Source: Oikopleura dioica (lineage: Eukaryota; Animalia; Chordata). From it: a stretch of DNA of 64,000 nt. Position 1 is the stretch's first letter, and every line of letters starts with the position of its first letter. The stretch lies in contig OU015566.1 of assembly GCA_907165135.1 (NCBI GenBank), positions 11,842,001 through 11,906,000 of the forward strand. Reading direction: 5' to 3'. Under the pieces are notes generated by a model. The model ran no database searches. It saw only the letters and a list, made by a program, of their open reading frames with translations, and was not told the origin of the DNA. The translations under genes and the position numbers were made by a program. Positions 25,731 to 38,103 of this stretch are shown here, piece by piece.

Positions 25731-26436
25731 CTATAATTTCGAGAGCAAGTTCGAGCTTCTTCTTTTTCTTGATGATTTTCTTCATTTTTTTGCCAAGCTT
25801 GTCGTTTGTAGCCTGAGCAGCATCGATTCTAGGAACGATTAAACAGTCTGCAAAATGATCCCCTACTTTGATTGAAGCTCTGTCTTTTGAATATCAAGCT
25901 CTTCTTTTTGCTCGTTGAGTGCGTCTCGTTCGGCGGCTTTGCCTTCTGCGGCTTCGATGATTGCCGCTAAGCTTGCGTTTTCAGCGCCAATTGCTTCGCA
26001 TCTAAATATTTTTGAGAACCTTTTTTATGGAAATGAAACTAACTCTTCTTCGATTTTTTCTTTGATTGCTTGAATTTCTTCATTTTCGAGTCCCAGTCGC
26101 TCGATAATTTCTTCTAGTTTTCCCTGAAAATAATTAAGAATAGGGAATCATATTTCTTTTACCTTGATTTCCTGAAATTCCTCCATTTCAGCTTGCTTTG
26201 CCTCTTGCTCAGCTTGCTTTTCGGAGATTTTCTCGCGGATCACTTCTTCAGCTCGAGTCATGTCAGAAAGTTTCGTCGCCAATTCATCCCTTTCTTCTTC
26301 CAACGCACCTCTAGAATTTTATAAAGGACAAAAACCCTCTTAAAATTTACTTGTCCCCTCCATTTTCGACTGCGGAGTCCCAAGCTCCCTTTAGCAGGTC
26401 CAAGGCTTCGTCAAAAGCGGCAGTTGCGTCTTCCAT
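25731..26436 (-). CDS. Coiled-coil protein (E/K/A-rich, multi-exon)
   Basis: MEDATAAFDEALDLLK...EEERDELATKLSDMTRAEEVIREKISEKQAEQEAKQAEMEEFQEIK, intron, GKLEEIIERL..., split by short GT-AG introns. Confidence 0.55.
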
Positions 26437-28158
26437 GATTTCTCTTTTTAAAGATTTAAAAGAGATTAACTGCTAGACAATTGTGCGGAATGTCGCTCCA
26501 GGTTAATTATTACAGAGTCGCCGTCAAACCGTGCGAATCATTATATGTACATATTTGATGTAGACTTTTAGCACGTTCCGCAGCTTTTTATTATTACCCA
26601 AGTAAGGATTTTAAGTGCATGTTGGTCGATTAGGAAAAAATAATTTGGAAGTCGAGTTTTATTTTTCTTGGGAAGACAGTGTTTAGTTTAGATAATCTGA
26701 GTCTGAGACGGGTTCACGTTTTCTTGGAAAGGTTGATTTACACCGCAAAGCTGGCCTCGACTGTGGTCTGTTTGCATTTTACGAGTTGTGAATGTGCAAA
26801 TGTATATTTATGCGGCGTTATGTGGCTGGTCGGAAGATTGAGGCGACCAGGCGACGCGGCACAGGGGCGGCGGAGTTGACATCAGCACCGCCAGCACCAC
26901 CAGAAATTACACCAAATCGCGCAGATTACCACCGCCCGCCTCCTCTACAGCAGCACAACACAACACTCAAAACACACACGCGCGCGATATCATCTTCTAA
27001 AGGGATTAACATCGCCACAACAATTGTCAGACCTTGTACGCGCCGAAAATAATTAGCTAAAGACGAGACCTCATCGGTTTTTTTTTTCTCAAGAAAAGTA
27101 TAACGAAATTTCAATAGTAAAAATTTCTTGAATTTCAAAATTTCATACTCACTTGAGTCCATTTCACTATTCAAGAGCGTTAGGTATAAACTCGTCCATG
27201 TTTACACCATTTCTTGTTTATAAAAACTTCTACGAGCGAGCCACTAGAATTTTTTTCGATTTCCGGTTTGCTCGAGAAATTCCACGAGTACCCATGTATT
27301 TACATTCAATTTCCCAGCGTTGTTTATCCCGGACATTCCATTTCATTTCCGATTGAAATTTTTGGTCGGTTCGAGTATTTTAGAGGGAATTTTCGGGGCG
27401 CTGAGCCTGGCGCCTAAGATGGTTATTCTGTGGCTTGAGTATTATTGCGGCCATTTAACGGAGCTCGGGATTAGTGTCAAGACAGAGCTCAGTTGTTAAT
27501 CTGTTTTTGAGCGATTTGTCGCAATTCGTTTTGCATTTTAGATCTGATTGAAGTTACGCAAACTCGAAGAGTGTTTATTTAACCCATTGGCGGAGCAGCA
27601 GCTTTGATTCCTTGCTCGATGCTATGTAACTCTTTATCCAGCGCGGGCTTACAAAATTAAATCGCCGTCAAATGCCAACTACTTCCGGGGGTTAATCGAG
27701 GGCCATCGAGCGCACAAATAAGCGACCGGCGGTCGATCTTAGCCGGTGACGGCACAAAGTGCCAGTTTTGGCGCCACTTCCGGAATGTAAACCTTCTCGC
27801 GCGCCGGAAATCGAAAGGAATTTGCCCGTACCAAATTTCGCAGTTGCTGGGAAATTAATCCAAATACAACTTGATTCCCTGAGAGCTGTGTTCTTCAAAA
27901 CAGGATGCAACGATTCTTTTGAAATACCTATTTTCAATGCTTTTGGCCCCCTGTGATCTTAAATTGACCGGTTACTGTAGAAAAATGACGAGGAAAAGAC
28001 TTTTCACATTGAACTTTTATTGAAGAGTTATTTGATTTTTACAGAACGAGTAGTTTCACAATAGAATAATTTTCATATTTTATGAAATAGTAGAAAGCTG
28101 TAGCAAGTTATATACAAAAACCATTGGTTCATAAATATTAAAAGTAGCAGGTTAAAAT

Positions 28159-31113
28159 TCACTTCTGAATGCTTGTTTGTCGGGCGAGTTGGGCAATGGT
28201 CTCGCGGCTTTTTAGATACAATGCTGTGGCGTCAGAGTAAAGAGAATACAGGTTGTTGGGAGGGAAGGCTCCGACAGAAGGAAGTGGTGATTGAAACATA
28301 TTGAACGAAGGGTTGAGGAGGGGACTCGTCAGACCCATGTTGAGGCCGATCGGATTGAGACCTCCAAGACCAAGGGGACTCGTAATAGCAGGATTGAGAG
28401 AAGGTTGAACGAGTTGGCGAAGATACAGGAGAGTTTCTACAGAGACATCTTTCTGAGGCGTTGGAAGGGATGGAAGGAGTCCAGGGATACTGGTCTGGAG
28501 AGTTTTCTGAGCGGGCAGAGGAGAGATTGCGCTCGGAATATTCAGAGCAGGGATGTTGCCGTCAACGCTGCTAGTTTTTGCTCGCTCAGATCCAGAAGTT
28601 GAGGATGGACTCGTACTTGTCTGCTGTATGGGTTCGGACTCGACAGATTGTTTGCGAGACTGGGAGGGAACTGTTTGGTCGCGGGAAACTATAATTGGAA
28701 GTTCAGGCTTCGGTGTCAGCTCAAGTTGAGGTGATGCTGTCGTTGGCTCAGTTTCGTCATTTGAGACGACATCGATTTCTTCCTCATCAACGACTAAAAA
28801 TAGGGTAAAAAGCTGTTTTTGTGTGAAGAAAGTTTCTTACCAGATGAGTCGAATTTGCAAATTTTTGCAGGAGGTGGCAAACTCTCTCCTAGCGCTCTCT
28901 TTGCCCGTTCCATTTGGCCTCGGATGATTGAAGCGGATCGTTTTTTGTCTCTTCTGATGGAGCCTGTATCGCGGAAGCCCTTAGCAAAGGGGTTGTTGTC
29001 GATCTTGAGTCTTGTGATCTTGTCGTTTTGGTAAGCAGTGACGGCGATGAACTCCATTTCGGGAAATATGAACGACCTAAAAATGAAAATAAGGGGCTGC
29101 TTAGCAAGTTTTAAAAAACGGTCGTTTTGTTTAGCGTAAACAAAAAAATGGGATGAAGAGGTTGATTTTTGAAATTGGCTCGAGTGGGTGTTATCAAGTG
29201 GTTCACGTACTTGACAAGGTTGGAATTCAGGAGCGAGGGGTACTGGATCATAGATGGGTCGGAGCATCGAACCAGTTGGAAGCGCGGCTGGTACTTGTGC
29301 ATACTGTTCAGCACGGTCTAAATGCTGCAATTAGTAACTTATTCTTTTGCTGGAATTCTTACATGTCCGCCCGACTCGGCAATATTGTTGGTAAGCTTCA
29401 TTTTTCGAAAGCAAATGTTGGGCTTTGTCATCCAATGCTCTCCCGAGGCAGGCGAGTCCGGATGCGGAACCCACTTCTTCTGGATTTCCGGATCCGCTTT
29501 TCCGGCCACCATCCATCGCGAATTGTGAAATTTGTATCTGTGATCGTCTGCCGGCACAATCTCCATGAAGAGGCAGTATTTCGCGGTCTTCGAGAGGCCA
29601 GAGATGCGAATCTGAGGCGAAGGAAACATTCTCCTGAAAAAAATCGAGGTTAGATTAGAAAATCAGTTTGTTTCACTAAGATTCTGATAAGATAGCAATT
29701 TACGAGAATATTTTCGGCGGTAATTGTGGCGGTACGATTGGCGCCAATGCGGCTCAAAAATGAAATCGGGGGATGATCCGGCGGCGGGAGACCTCAAATT
29801 TGCTCAAAAAAGTATTTCTCAGTGTGCTTATAAGTGCCATAATCCCCCAGCTCATCGCATTTGTCCGGTTCTTATTCGGAAAATCGGTTTCTAATTAGAT
29901 TTCCGCACCGTGTTTCCGGTTTGAAAAAGAAACGAAGTGAAATCTGAAACGAGTCTAGTTTCGACTATTTTTAGAAGCGCATTCATTTGAATTTGAATAT
30001 TTGAAGAAAAACGAGAAAAAAAGGCGGAGTTTGGAGGTGCCGTCTGTCTAGTAATCCTCGGCGCTTTCCGGTGTTGGCGCCAACACTCGGAAGCTCCTCT
30101 CAGAGTATTCGCGCGCTCCTGATCGTCCGGTGAACCTAAGTAAGTTGCTAAACCCGCGCTTCCGAGCCCCCGGGAAGCCATTTCACCTTGTTTTGCGAAA
30201 TCAGGTTTTCAGAATCGGGGAAAATGAAAACATGTGAGCTACGTCTAGCCGTTCCAATTTCAACCTGTAATAAATGCTTCACAGTTGAATGAATCACACG
30301 TGCGAGAGCGTAAATTAGCTAAAGAATATATAGTTTTTTTGCTATTCAAATTGCCTCTAATCGAGGTATTTTAAAGTGTCAATCGAAAAACCTATTCAGG
30401 ATACGAAAGATTATGAAAGCCTTTTAACAAGATAGTGAGAATCGTAGCGAGTCGATAGGAGTTAATTCTAGTCGAGGTTTAGTATCATAAATTGTTAGCT
30501 TTTCAATTTGGGCTGAGACTTGGCGCTGCATACTTTGTCCTGGCGCGCGCCACAATGTCGCTGAAATTTCACACTGACATCAAAATTAGACCAGAAATCC
30601 TCTGGTACATTTTAAAAGGATTACAACATGGGGCTTAGGTTTCAGATTCAGCGGTCAATCTGACGCCTCCAATGCTCTATGCTTTCAAAAGAAAGAAAAG
30701 GAAAATCTAAGTCTATTTTTGAATAATTTCTAGTATGCTGCAAGTCCTTTTTTGGCACTTGCAACGACAAATTAGACCGTTTAATTTTGTTTTAATAACA
30801 TATATAAACACTTGAATCAAATCAGAATCTGCTTTCATTTTATACAAATGCCTAGTTTACAATAAATCCGGATTAGCACATACCTTCCGTTTTTAGTGAT
30901 GACCATTTCAGTTCCGATCTTCGCGAATTCGTCCCAAAGATCTTGATTTTCCAGCGTCGCAGTTGGATTGTCGTCGACTTGCTGCCCGTTTTCTTGCAGC
31001 ATCTTGTGATGGAAGTTCTGAAGTGCTGGAGGACCAGAAACTGGGGTCCCCAAAAAGGGCCTCTGAGATGCAACTGGAGGGTGGCGGGAGAGAAAGGGCG
31101 AGATGATGCTCAT
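28159..31113 (-). CDS. TBX2/3: T-box transcription factor Tbx2/3 (omb-like)
   Basis: [19 protein letters not shown], intron, MFP...[17 protein letters not shown]...HPDSP...KMKLTNN, intron, [12 protein letters not shown]...[46 protein letters not shown] is characteristic of the Tbx2/3 subfamily. Confidence 0.93.
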
Positions 31114-34100
31114 CCTTGGTTCTTTCTGTATTTCTAGCTTTTTGGTTTATCTCTGTTTTGTTTTCTTGTTTTTCTAGCTCTTTTGGATTTTTTTTTCTTT
31201 TGTAATTTTAGTGTGATGTGTGAGCTGTAAGATGTTCTATTGAGTAAAGATTGCTAGGTGTCGAGGGGAAGCGCGGGGCGAGAAAAAGTGTAGAGCAGGG
31301 AGGTGGCGCTAAACTCACACGCTAGGTAGCCCAAACGTGCGAGTTGAGATTGCGACGGCCGCCGATTGGCGACCAGCGGGCTCTAATCGCGGCGCCAGTG
31401 CGTCGCTCCACCCAGCTCCACTTTTGACACCACCAAAAAAGGGGATCAACGCGCGCTGACGAGCTAACTAACACTGTCCGCAGCACCCAGCCTGGCGCCG
31501 ACGCCTCGAATCAGCGGATTTCACTTGATACCCGCTCTGAAAAGACGGGGGTTTAGGAAGCCAAGTATCATCGCAGGAAGGAGCCTAAATCATTCCTTGC
31601 ATAAGATTTCAACGAAAAATAAGTCTTTCAAGCAAAAATCTTTCCCTTTTACTTTCACGGTCGATATATAGTAAGATATATTTTTCAGTACTAAGAAGAC
31701 TGACAAGATTCGTTTACATTTGCGATAATTATTGGCCCCAAAACAAGAAATCGCTTTATCTACTTGTTTCAATTAATTACTCAGCGCCAGAGTGGCACCT
31801 CGAAAGTGCTAATATTTACACCAGAAATTATATTTAGTGTATTGTATTGTGGTGATACACGACAGGGAGGGGTGCGGGCAGCAATAATGCTGGTTAGATT
31901 CGGCCCTCCAGATTCTCGCGGGGACGAGAGAGATACTTTCCAGGCGTCAAGGCGGCACCAACAAGGCGCGTACGCACCACCACCGCACCACTGCGAGAAA
32001 GCTTATTCTAGAAACAGAATCATTAGCTGGATGAGCTACAGAAAATACTCATTGTCGCACTACGAGAATCTCAGCTCCCAATTCTGCCGGAGTCGCAGTA
32101 GAATATTCTGATGGATATTATTTACAGCCTATAAAACAGGTTATGTTTCAGTACACTTGGCCTCATTTTACGACTTCCTAAATATGTTCATTCATTGTGA
32201 AAAGTTGCGTGGATTAGGTGGAGCGGATTTACGCCGCAAAAAGCCAATCGAATGATGGCTAATCCACGAGCTATGAAAAACAATTCACTCAAAATTGGAA
32301 ATTGAAAACTGAAAGTTTCTCAGATCTCCATCCAAAGCTGTTTCTTTCCGAAGAGCGTGTTTGAAAAATATCAAACTTCAATCGACTTGGATTTACGGAT
32401 GTGCCTTTGTTATCACTAGACAAGCTCAATTTTGCATTCAACAAAAGATCCTTCAATCCAGCTCAATATTGCTAAAACAAGTCAATCTTTGATTCAACAA
32501 TTCAACGAGTTAGAGTCTCAAGCTCATAATTAGGTAACTAAGGCTGATATCTGATGAAAATCTCGGTCGATTTCCCGAAATTGGGTGTTATTTACTAATG
32601 CGCGAAATTTTAGCCTGAGATAATTGTCAACGATCAGATAGCGATCGAGGATGAGTTTACAAATCGAAGTACCTTCTTCTCAACTCCATTGACCTCGATC
32701 TGCTACTTGTTTATTTGCAAATTAGACGAGCATGAAGAACTCATCTGATTTTGGAGGAATTCTTAAAACCATCTTGTTTATATGTTAGTCAAACTATATT
32801 GTAAGCCTAACTAATGTAAGGAGCAAAAAGGAACGCCGACTAATTTCATCGATTAAATCGAGATTAATTAGGATACTTAATTTTACAAGCGTAAAGATTG
32901 TACCTTGAGCTAAATCGGAACGAGGAGTATTCTCATTGTTCCAAAAAGAATTCAGAGCTTCTTAGATTCACAGAAGAATGATTTCATGAAGTTACCAGAT
33001 GAAGCAAGATTTCTTGTTAAAATTAGTTTTTAGCAACAAGGCAATTCTGACTTTTCAGCACATCTTCGCTCGATTCTCCAAAATAAACATTAAACGACAA
33101 CTAGCGACTTTGATTGGAATCACTTTTCGTTGTTTTGGGAACAACGCTTGGGACACATTTTCTTGCCCACTCTGACGCGTGCCAGAGACAGTGGCTCTTG
33201 TGTATTGTAACCACGAAGAGCATCAACACGAGCAGGGCGAGAAGTGCCAGGCTAGATGGCTATCGCTCTTCGTCTTTTTTTTTTTCTTGGCACGGGACAT
33301 TTTTGGTGCTAAAAGCCACAACAACACTCGGATGAAGACTACCAGGCTCCTCCTAGTTTGGTACGATCGAACATGATTATCACTTTCTTTCTAGTTGGTA
33401 AACAAACAAAAAATCGAGCTGTGATAGAATCAACCTTTTTTCTTGTTCTTTTTGGCAAGGATTGTTCAAGAGGAGGCATTATAGCCAATTATCGGCCAAA
33501 ATCGAAATGAAAACTGTTCATTTTTTTCGAAAATGCACGATAGATACACAAGAAGCGGGCGGGATAAAACCTGGAGTGCCAGCTCGCGAAGCTTTATTTT
33601 ATCGTCGGCGCCAGATTAGGCATCGTTCCGACACCCTGCTTCAGAGAGGAGCACCGAGACAGACTTGTCAGATTTGACACCGAAAAAAGAAAGCTTATAC
33701 ATTTTTGAAACTAATATTATTCAACAAGTTGGAGAACAACTGGCTTTTTTGAAGGTTAAATTTACAAAACGAATAGTTAGTCTTTTGTGCTCTTGGAGAT
33801 ATATCTCGTAAGAAGGTCTAATTAAGGGTATCTGCCGCGCGTTTTGGTGAGATTTGCGGTGCGCGAGAACTTGCACCCAGATGCTCGGTGTCAATTAGGC
33901 CTCCACTTGAGCGTTGATAGAGCGAATACTTCCGGTCTCGGAGGCCGCACCCGCCCTGCCAAGACTTTGAACCGATTGTCGCACTCGCATATCTAGGAAG
34001 CGAATACCCACTTTGATGTGGGCCCCTTTTCCTGTGCACTGGAAATCGTGCACACACATCAACCAAAGATACAAATTCCACACCCCTCCAAAATGTCCGA

Positions 34101-36080
34101 TTTGAGAAGAATGCTCAAAAAAGTTCTTATTTTTCCATCAAAAGATGCTCTTTTTCTGGAGCAAGAAGAAGTCGTCTTTTCAAGAAATGCGGTAAGAAAA
34201 TCTTGGTTTGCGTGAATTTGCGTCTAACAAGATGATGATGTTCTAAACGACCACTTGTAGGGTTGGAATTAGCCTGAGCATGTATAAAATGTCAATGCTT
34301 GCGCTGTTGATCGCGTTGAGGAAGTGCCTTGTGGTCTAGACATCCGGGTAGTAATCGGAAGCACTCCACCGAGCTCAGGTTCACATTTCCCAAATTCTTA
34401 CCCATTTTTTTGCCCCGTGAGATATTCTTCGCGAAATTTTGACAAATTACCCGATTACATGACAGTTTCCGGTGTTAATAATCTCCCCCGCAATTAGACA
34501 AACAACAGCCCTCACGGTCAAATTTTCTACCGATTTCTTTCAAAACCCCTGTCACGGAAAAAGAGCCAGACGGCGCCCGGCAGGAGGACGATCCAAGCGG
34601 ATCATTATTATTGAGACTGAGGTGGACGAGGATTTTTGAAATGTGATTATGGTCGAGGGCATCGTTCCTGCTGACAATGGTGCGTCGAACATAATCCGTG
34701 ACGGCGCAGACAGACTTGGCAACTTTATTTTGACCGACAAGCGTATTTTCTGGAATTGAAAACGATTCAGCTTTCAAAGTGCAGTTCTCAGCTTTCTCTT
34801 CTTTAGATTTTATTTTGGCAAATATTGAGATTATTCAAGGAAAAAATGAAAATTATTGAATCTTTTTTTTTTGTTATAAATTCAAACTGCCTCCTGGTTC
34901 AAAATATTTAGTATTCAGTAAACACATTTGTCCACTATTTCTTTCAACAATCTTGAGCCCTAAGAATGCGCCTTCCCAGGCTAATTATCTCCTTTTTCGT
35001 CGCCTTGGCGTCTGTAATTATTCTTTTTCTGGAATATCCACATGTTGGTTATTTCTTTTTCACTTTCCCGTTGACCTGGGCTGACCCAGAGGCGGCTAGT
35101 AATTTGTGAATTCAACATTTTTAAGTTGGCACTTGGCGGGGTAGCTTCTTCAAGTGCCCAAAATGGAGGATGGAGGCGCGGCCGGAAGTGGCGGCGACTT
35201 GACACCACCGCCATGGCGCCGCCGCGGTGTAATATTTGTCGCCACTACCAAGTAACCGGTCATTTCAAATAACGAGCATGTGATGACTTTCTACAACATT
35301 ACCGGAAGTACCCCAGACGTCTAAGGGATTCAATTTCGCCACCGCTTATTTTGACACATATTTATGCAGCAAGGACTTACTCATCTTTGAAATATTTGAA
35401 TAAACTTTATTCATGAAATCTATTCCAAGATATTTTCAGATAGAAACAGGATAAATCATAGCAGTTCTATGATAGAACTATTTAATTTTCTTAGTCAACG
35501 ATTGGTCTTTGCACGAAGGTGGTTTATCCGCTGGAGATAATTCCCCGACAGGACCTTGCGTTTTCTTCTCGCTAGCTGGCACTGGAGTCGGACAACCCCA
35601 AATGAACATTTTTTTGACGATGAATTCAAGTTCTGAAACTGTGGCTTGGAATCTCTAGTAGTTGATTCAAATCTTTTCAATGGTTTCATGACCGGTTGGG
35701 TAGAGTTTTTATGGAGAGTTTGTGAATCATTTTCCCTTCATTCGTGTTCAAACTTGTCGAGGCAGCGTTGGAAAAAACCCACTCTCAGAAGACAAAAATG
35801 CGCTGAAACACCAAGAGTCAATTATCTACAGACGTCTTGAAGCTTTCTTTATCAATTACCCATGAATGAACAAAAAGGGAAAATGTTTCTGATGCATGCG
35901 GATGCAATTGATCTATTTGTTGAATTGAGGCGATACCAACCGTTAAAATTCACAAATTTCCAAAATAATCTGATAATTTACACTTCATAATCTACAGCCA
36001 TCAATCTGCTGTGTTCCAAAACTTTTGCAATAAACTCTTTCTCATAGAAAATATTGGTATTTTCATTAATTTTCATTTAA

Positions 36081-36829
36081 GGGTAATGGTATACATCGGC
36101 GCGGCGCTGCTCGCTCGATCCGCGCTCCGCCAGAACCTATTTCTCACGAGACCGTAAAATCTGAACGGATAAAGATTTTTTCGAAATTTAAAAAGATTCT
36201 GAATAATCAAAATCACCTCTATTAACACAGCAAAAATCGTAATGATTGTCAACGAGGAACTATCTGAAAATTGCCAGTTTCCTTCAAACGACATTTTCTT
36301 TGACATTTCTCATCCAAAATTTTTGAAAATTAGACTGTCTTGTAAAGAATCGTCAGCTCTACAAATCCTGTTTTTCAGATTTTTGTTTTGAGCTTTCATT
36401 AATTTTACATCGCAATTTGGAAAGAGCGCTACTTCTTCTCCCGCCTCTCCGCTCTCTATTTCTCACGCCACGCCTTCACAGCGCTGATTTCAAGGTCGCT
36501 TATTAAAATCCGAAGAGCTTGAAACAAAAATCTGAAAAACAGGATTTGTAGAACTGACGATTCTCTACAAGACAGTCTAATTTTCAAAAATTTTGGATGA
36601 GAAATGTCAAAGAAAATGTCATTTGAAGGAAACTGGCAATTTTCAGATAGTTCCTCTTTGACAATCATAACGATTTTTGCTGTGTTAATAGACGTGACTT
36701 TGATTATTCAGAATCTTTTTAAATTTTGAAAAAATCTTTATCCGTTCAGATTTTACGGCCTCGTGAGAAATAGGTTCTGGCGGAGCGCGGATCGAGCGAG
36801 CAGCGCCGCGCCGATGTATACCATTACCC
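36081..36829. mobile_element. Foldback/long-TIR non-autonomous element (~310-bp arms, ~120-bp spacer)
   Basis: 36081 to about 36390 is the reverse complement of about 36520-36829, with roughly 9 mismatches by manual alignment. Termini are GGGTAATGG...CCATTACCC. No clean TSD. Confidence 0.8.
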
Positions 36830-37569
36830 GAAAGTTTTCATTAAAGAAAACTCTAATGATCGTTTTTTCTTCACTCGTCAGATCTGTCATTTGTCGCGCG
36901 TAAAGGTGAAAAACCGCGCTGCCACTCGACAAATATTTACCACAACCGGACGGTACATCATTCTTACTGGCGCCAGGCGGTGGTCGCATCATTCACCACG
37001 GCGGCACTTCAAAAAACGAGACTCACACGAGGCAGAAAAGACTGACAAATTTTTCTTTTACTAATTATAACTAATCATGCTAAAATGTTTTAATCCGGAA
37101 TAGCTCTTTCATCCTCGCTTTTATTTCAGTTGAATAAGTCTCATTCAATAAGGCCTTTTTGAGTACAGTATTTTAATTGAAATTATGGATGATCTTATTC
37201 TGGCCGCAATTTTGCCGCCCTGAGAAAGAAAAAAAAGACGAAGCATTCGACTTCCGGAAGTGGTTGCGCGAAAGTAGATCTGAAGTGGTCAAGGGATGAT
37301 CCCGTCCGGCACAAAATAATTTATCGCTTTTGGCCTTGCACCAAGGAGAGTGTATATTTCACCGAGCGGCCGTTTGATCCCTCAATTACGGTTTGATCCG
37401 CCGCGACCGCGCTCAGACAGTCTAATACGTGGTCAACTTATCTGACAGAAATTGTGAAACATAATCGATTCTTGATACTTTCGAAAGTTGAATACAGCAG
37501 TTTTTATGCAACAAAACGTATATTCATTCTAGAGCGCTATATATAAAGCTATTTTCGACTGCTCCCCAG

Positions 37570-37651
37570 GACTGGATGGCCGAGCGGTCTAAGGCGTTGG
37601 ATTAAGGCTCCAATCTCTTCGGGGGCGTGGGTTCGAATCCCACTTCAGTCA
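37570..37651 (+). tRNA. trnL-AAG: tRNA-Leu (anticodon AAG)
   Basis: Acceptor stem GACTGGA/TTCAGTC, D-loop TGGCCGAGCGGTCTAAGG, anticodon arm TTGGA-TTAAGGC-TCCAA, long variable arm, T-loop GGTTCGAATCC. Confidence 0.97.
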
Positions 37652-37654
37652 AAC

Positions 37655-37660
37655 TTTTTT
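37655..37660 (+). terminator. Pol III terminator (T6) of tRNA-Leu
   Basis: TTTTTT begins 4 nt after the discriminator base. Confidence 0.85.
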
Positions 37661-38103
37661 CCTTTTGAGCAAAGACATCAACCCTTTTTGAGTCTTTGCT
37701 TGTCCATTTTGATAATCATCAGAACTCGATAACACCCACGAACGATGCTTTTAACGAAATGTCTTTGGCTTTAATTAAATAATGACCCTGCCACGCAATA
37801 ATCCCCTCGGATAAGCACAGGTAATTTCGACTTGTCTGTCAAAAAACAACTTCCCACTGCCCAGGTCCCTGTCAGCGTGCGAAACTCGCTGTCTTGTTTT
37901 ACATAAGTCCAGGCATTGTCAAGTTAAACGACCGGCAATTAGTAAATAATCGGAAATAGAGAGCAAGCTTATTACTTCTTCCCAGCGTATCATCCTGCCA
38001 AAATACTGCTTTCTGACCAATATTTTTTGAAGTCATAGAAGAAAATGCAATAGAGTCTATTGAATAGACACTAACAAATGAAGAAAATATCAACCTCCAT
38101 CAT

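Noticed and set aside
33800-35220. Several short minus-strand ORFs that might form a gene
   Set aside because: No consistent spliced frame or recognisable motif could be built by eye.
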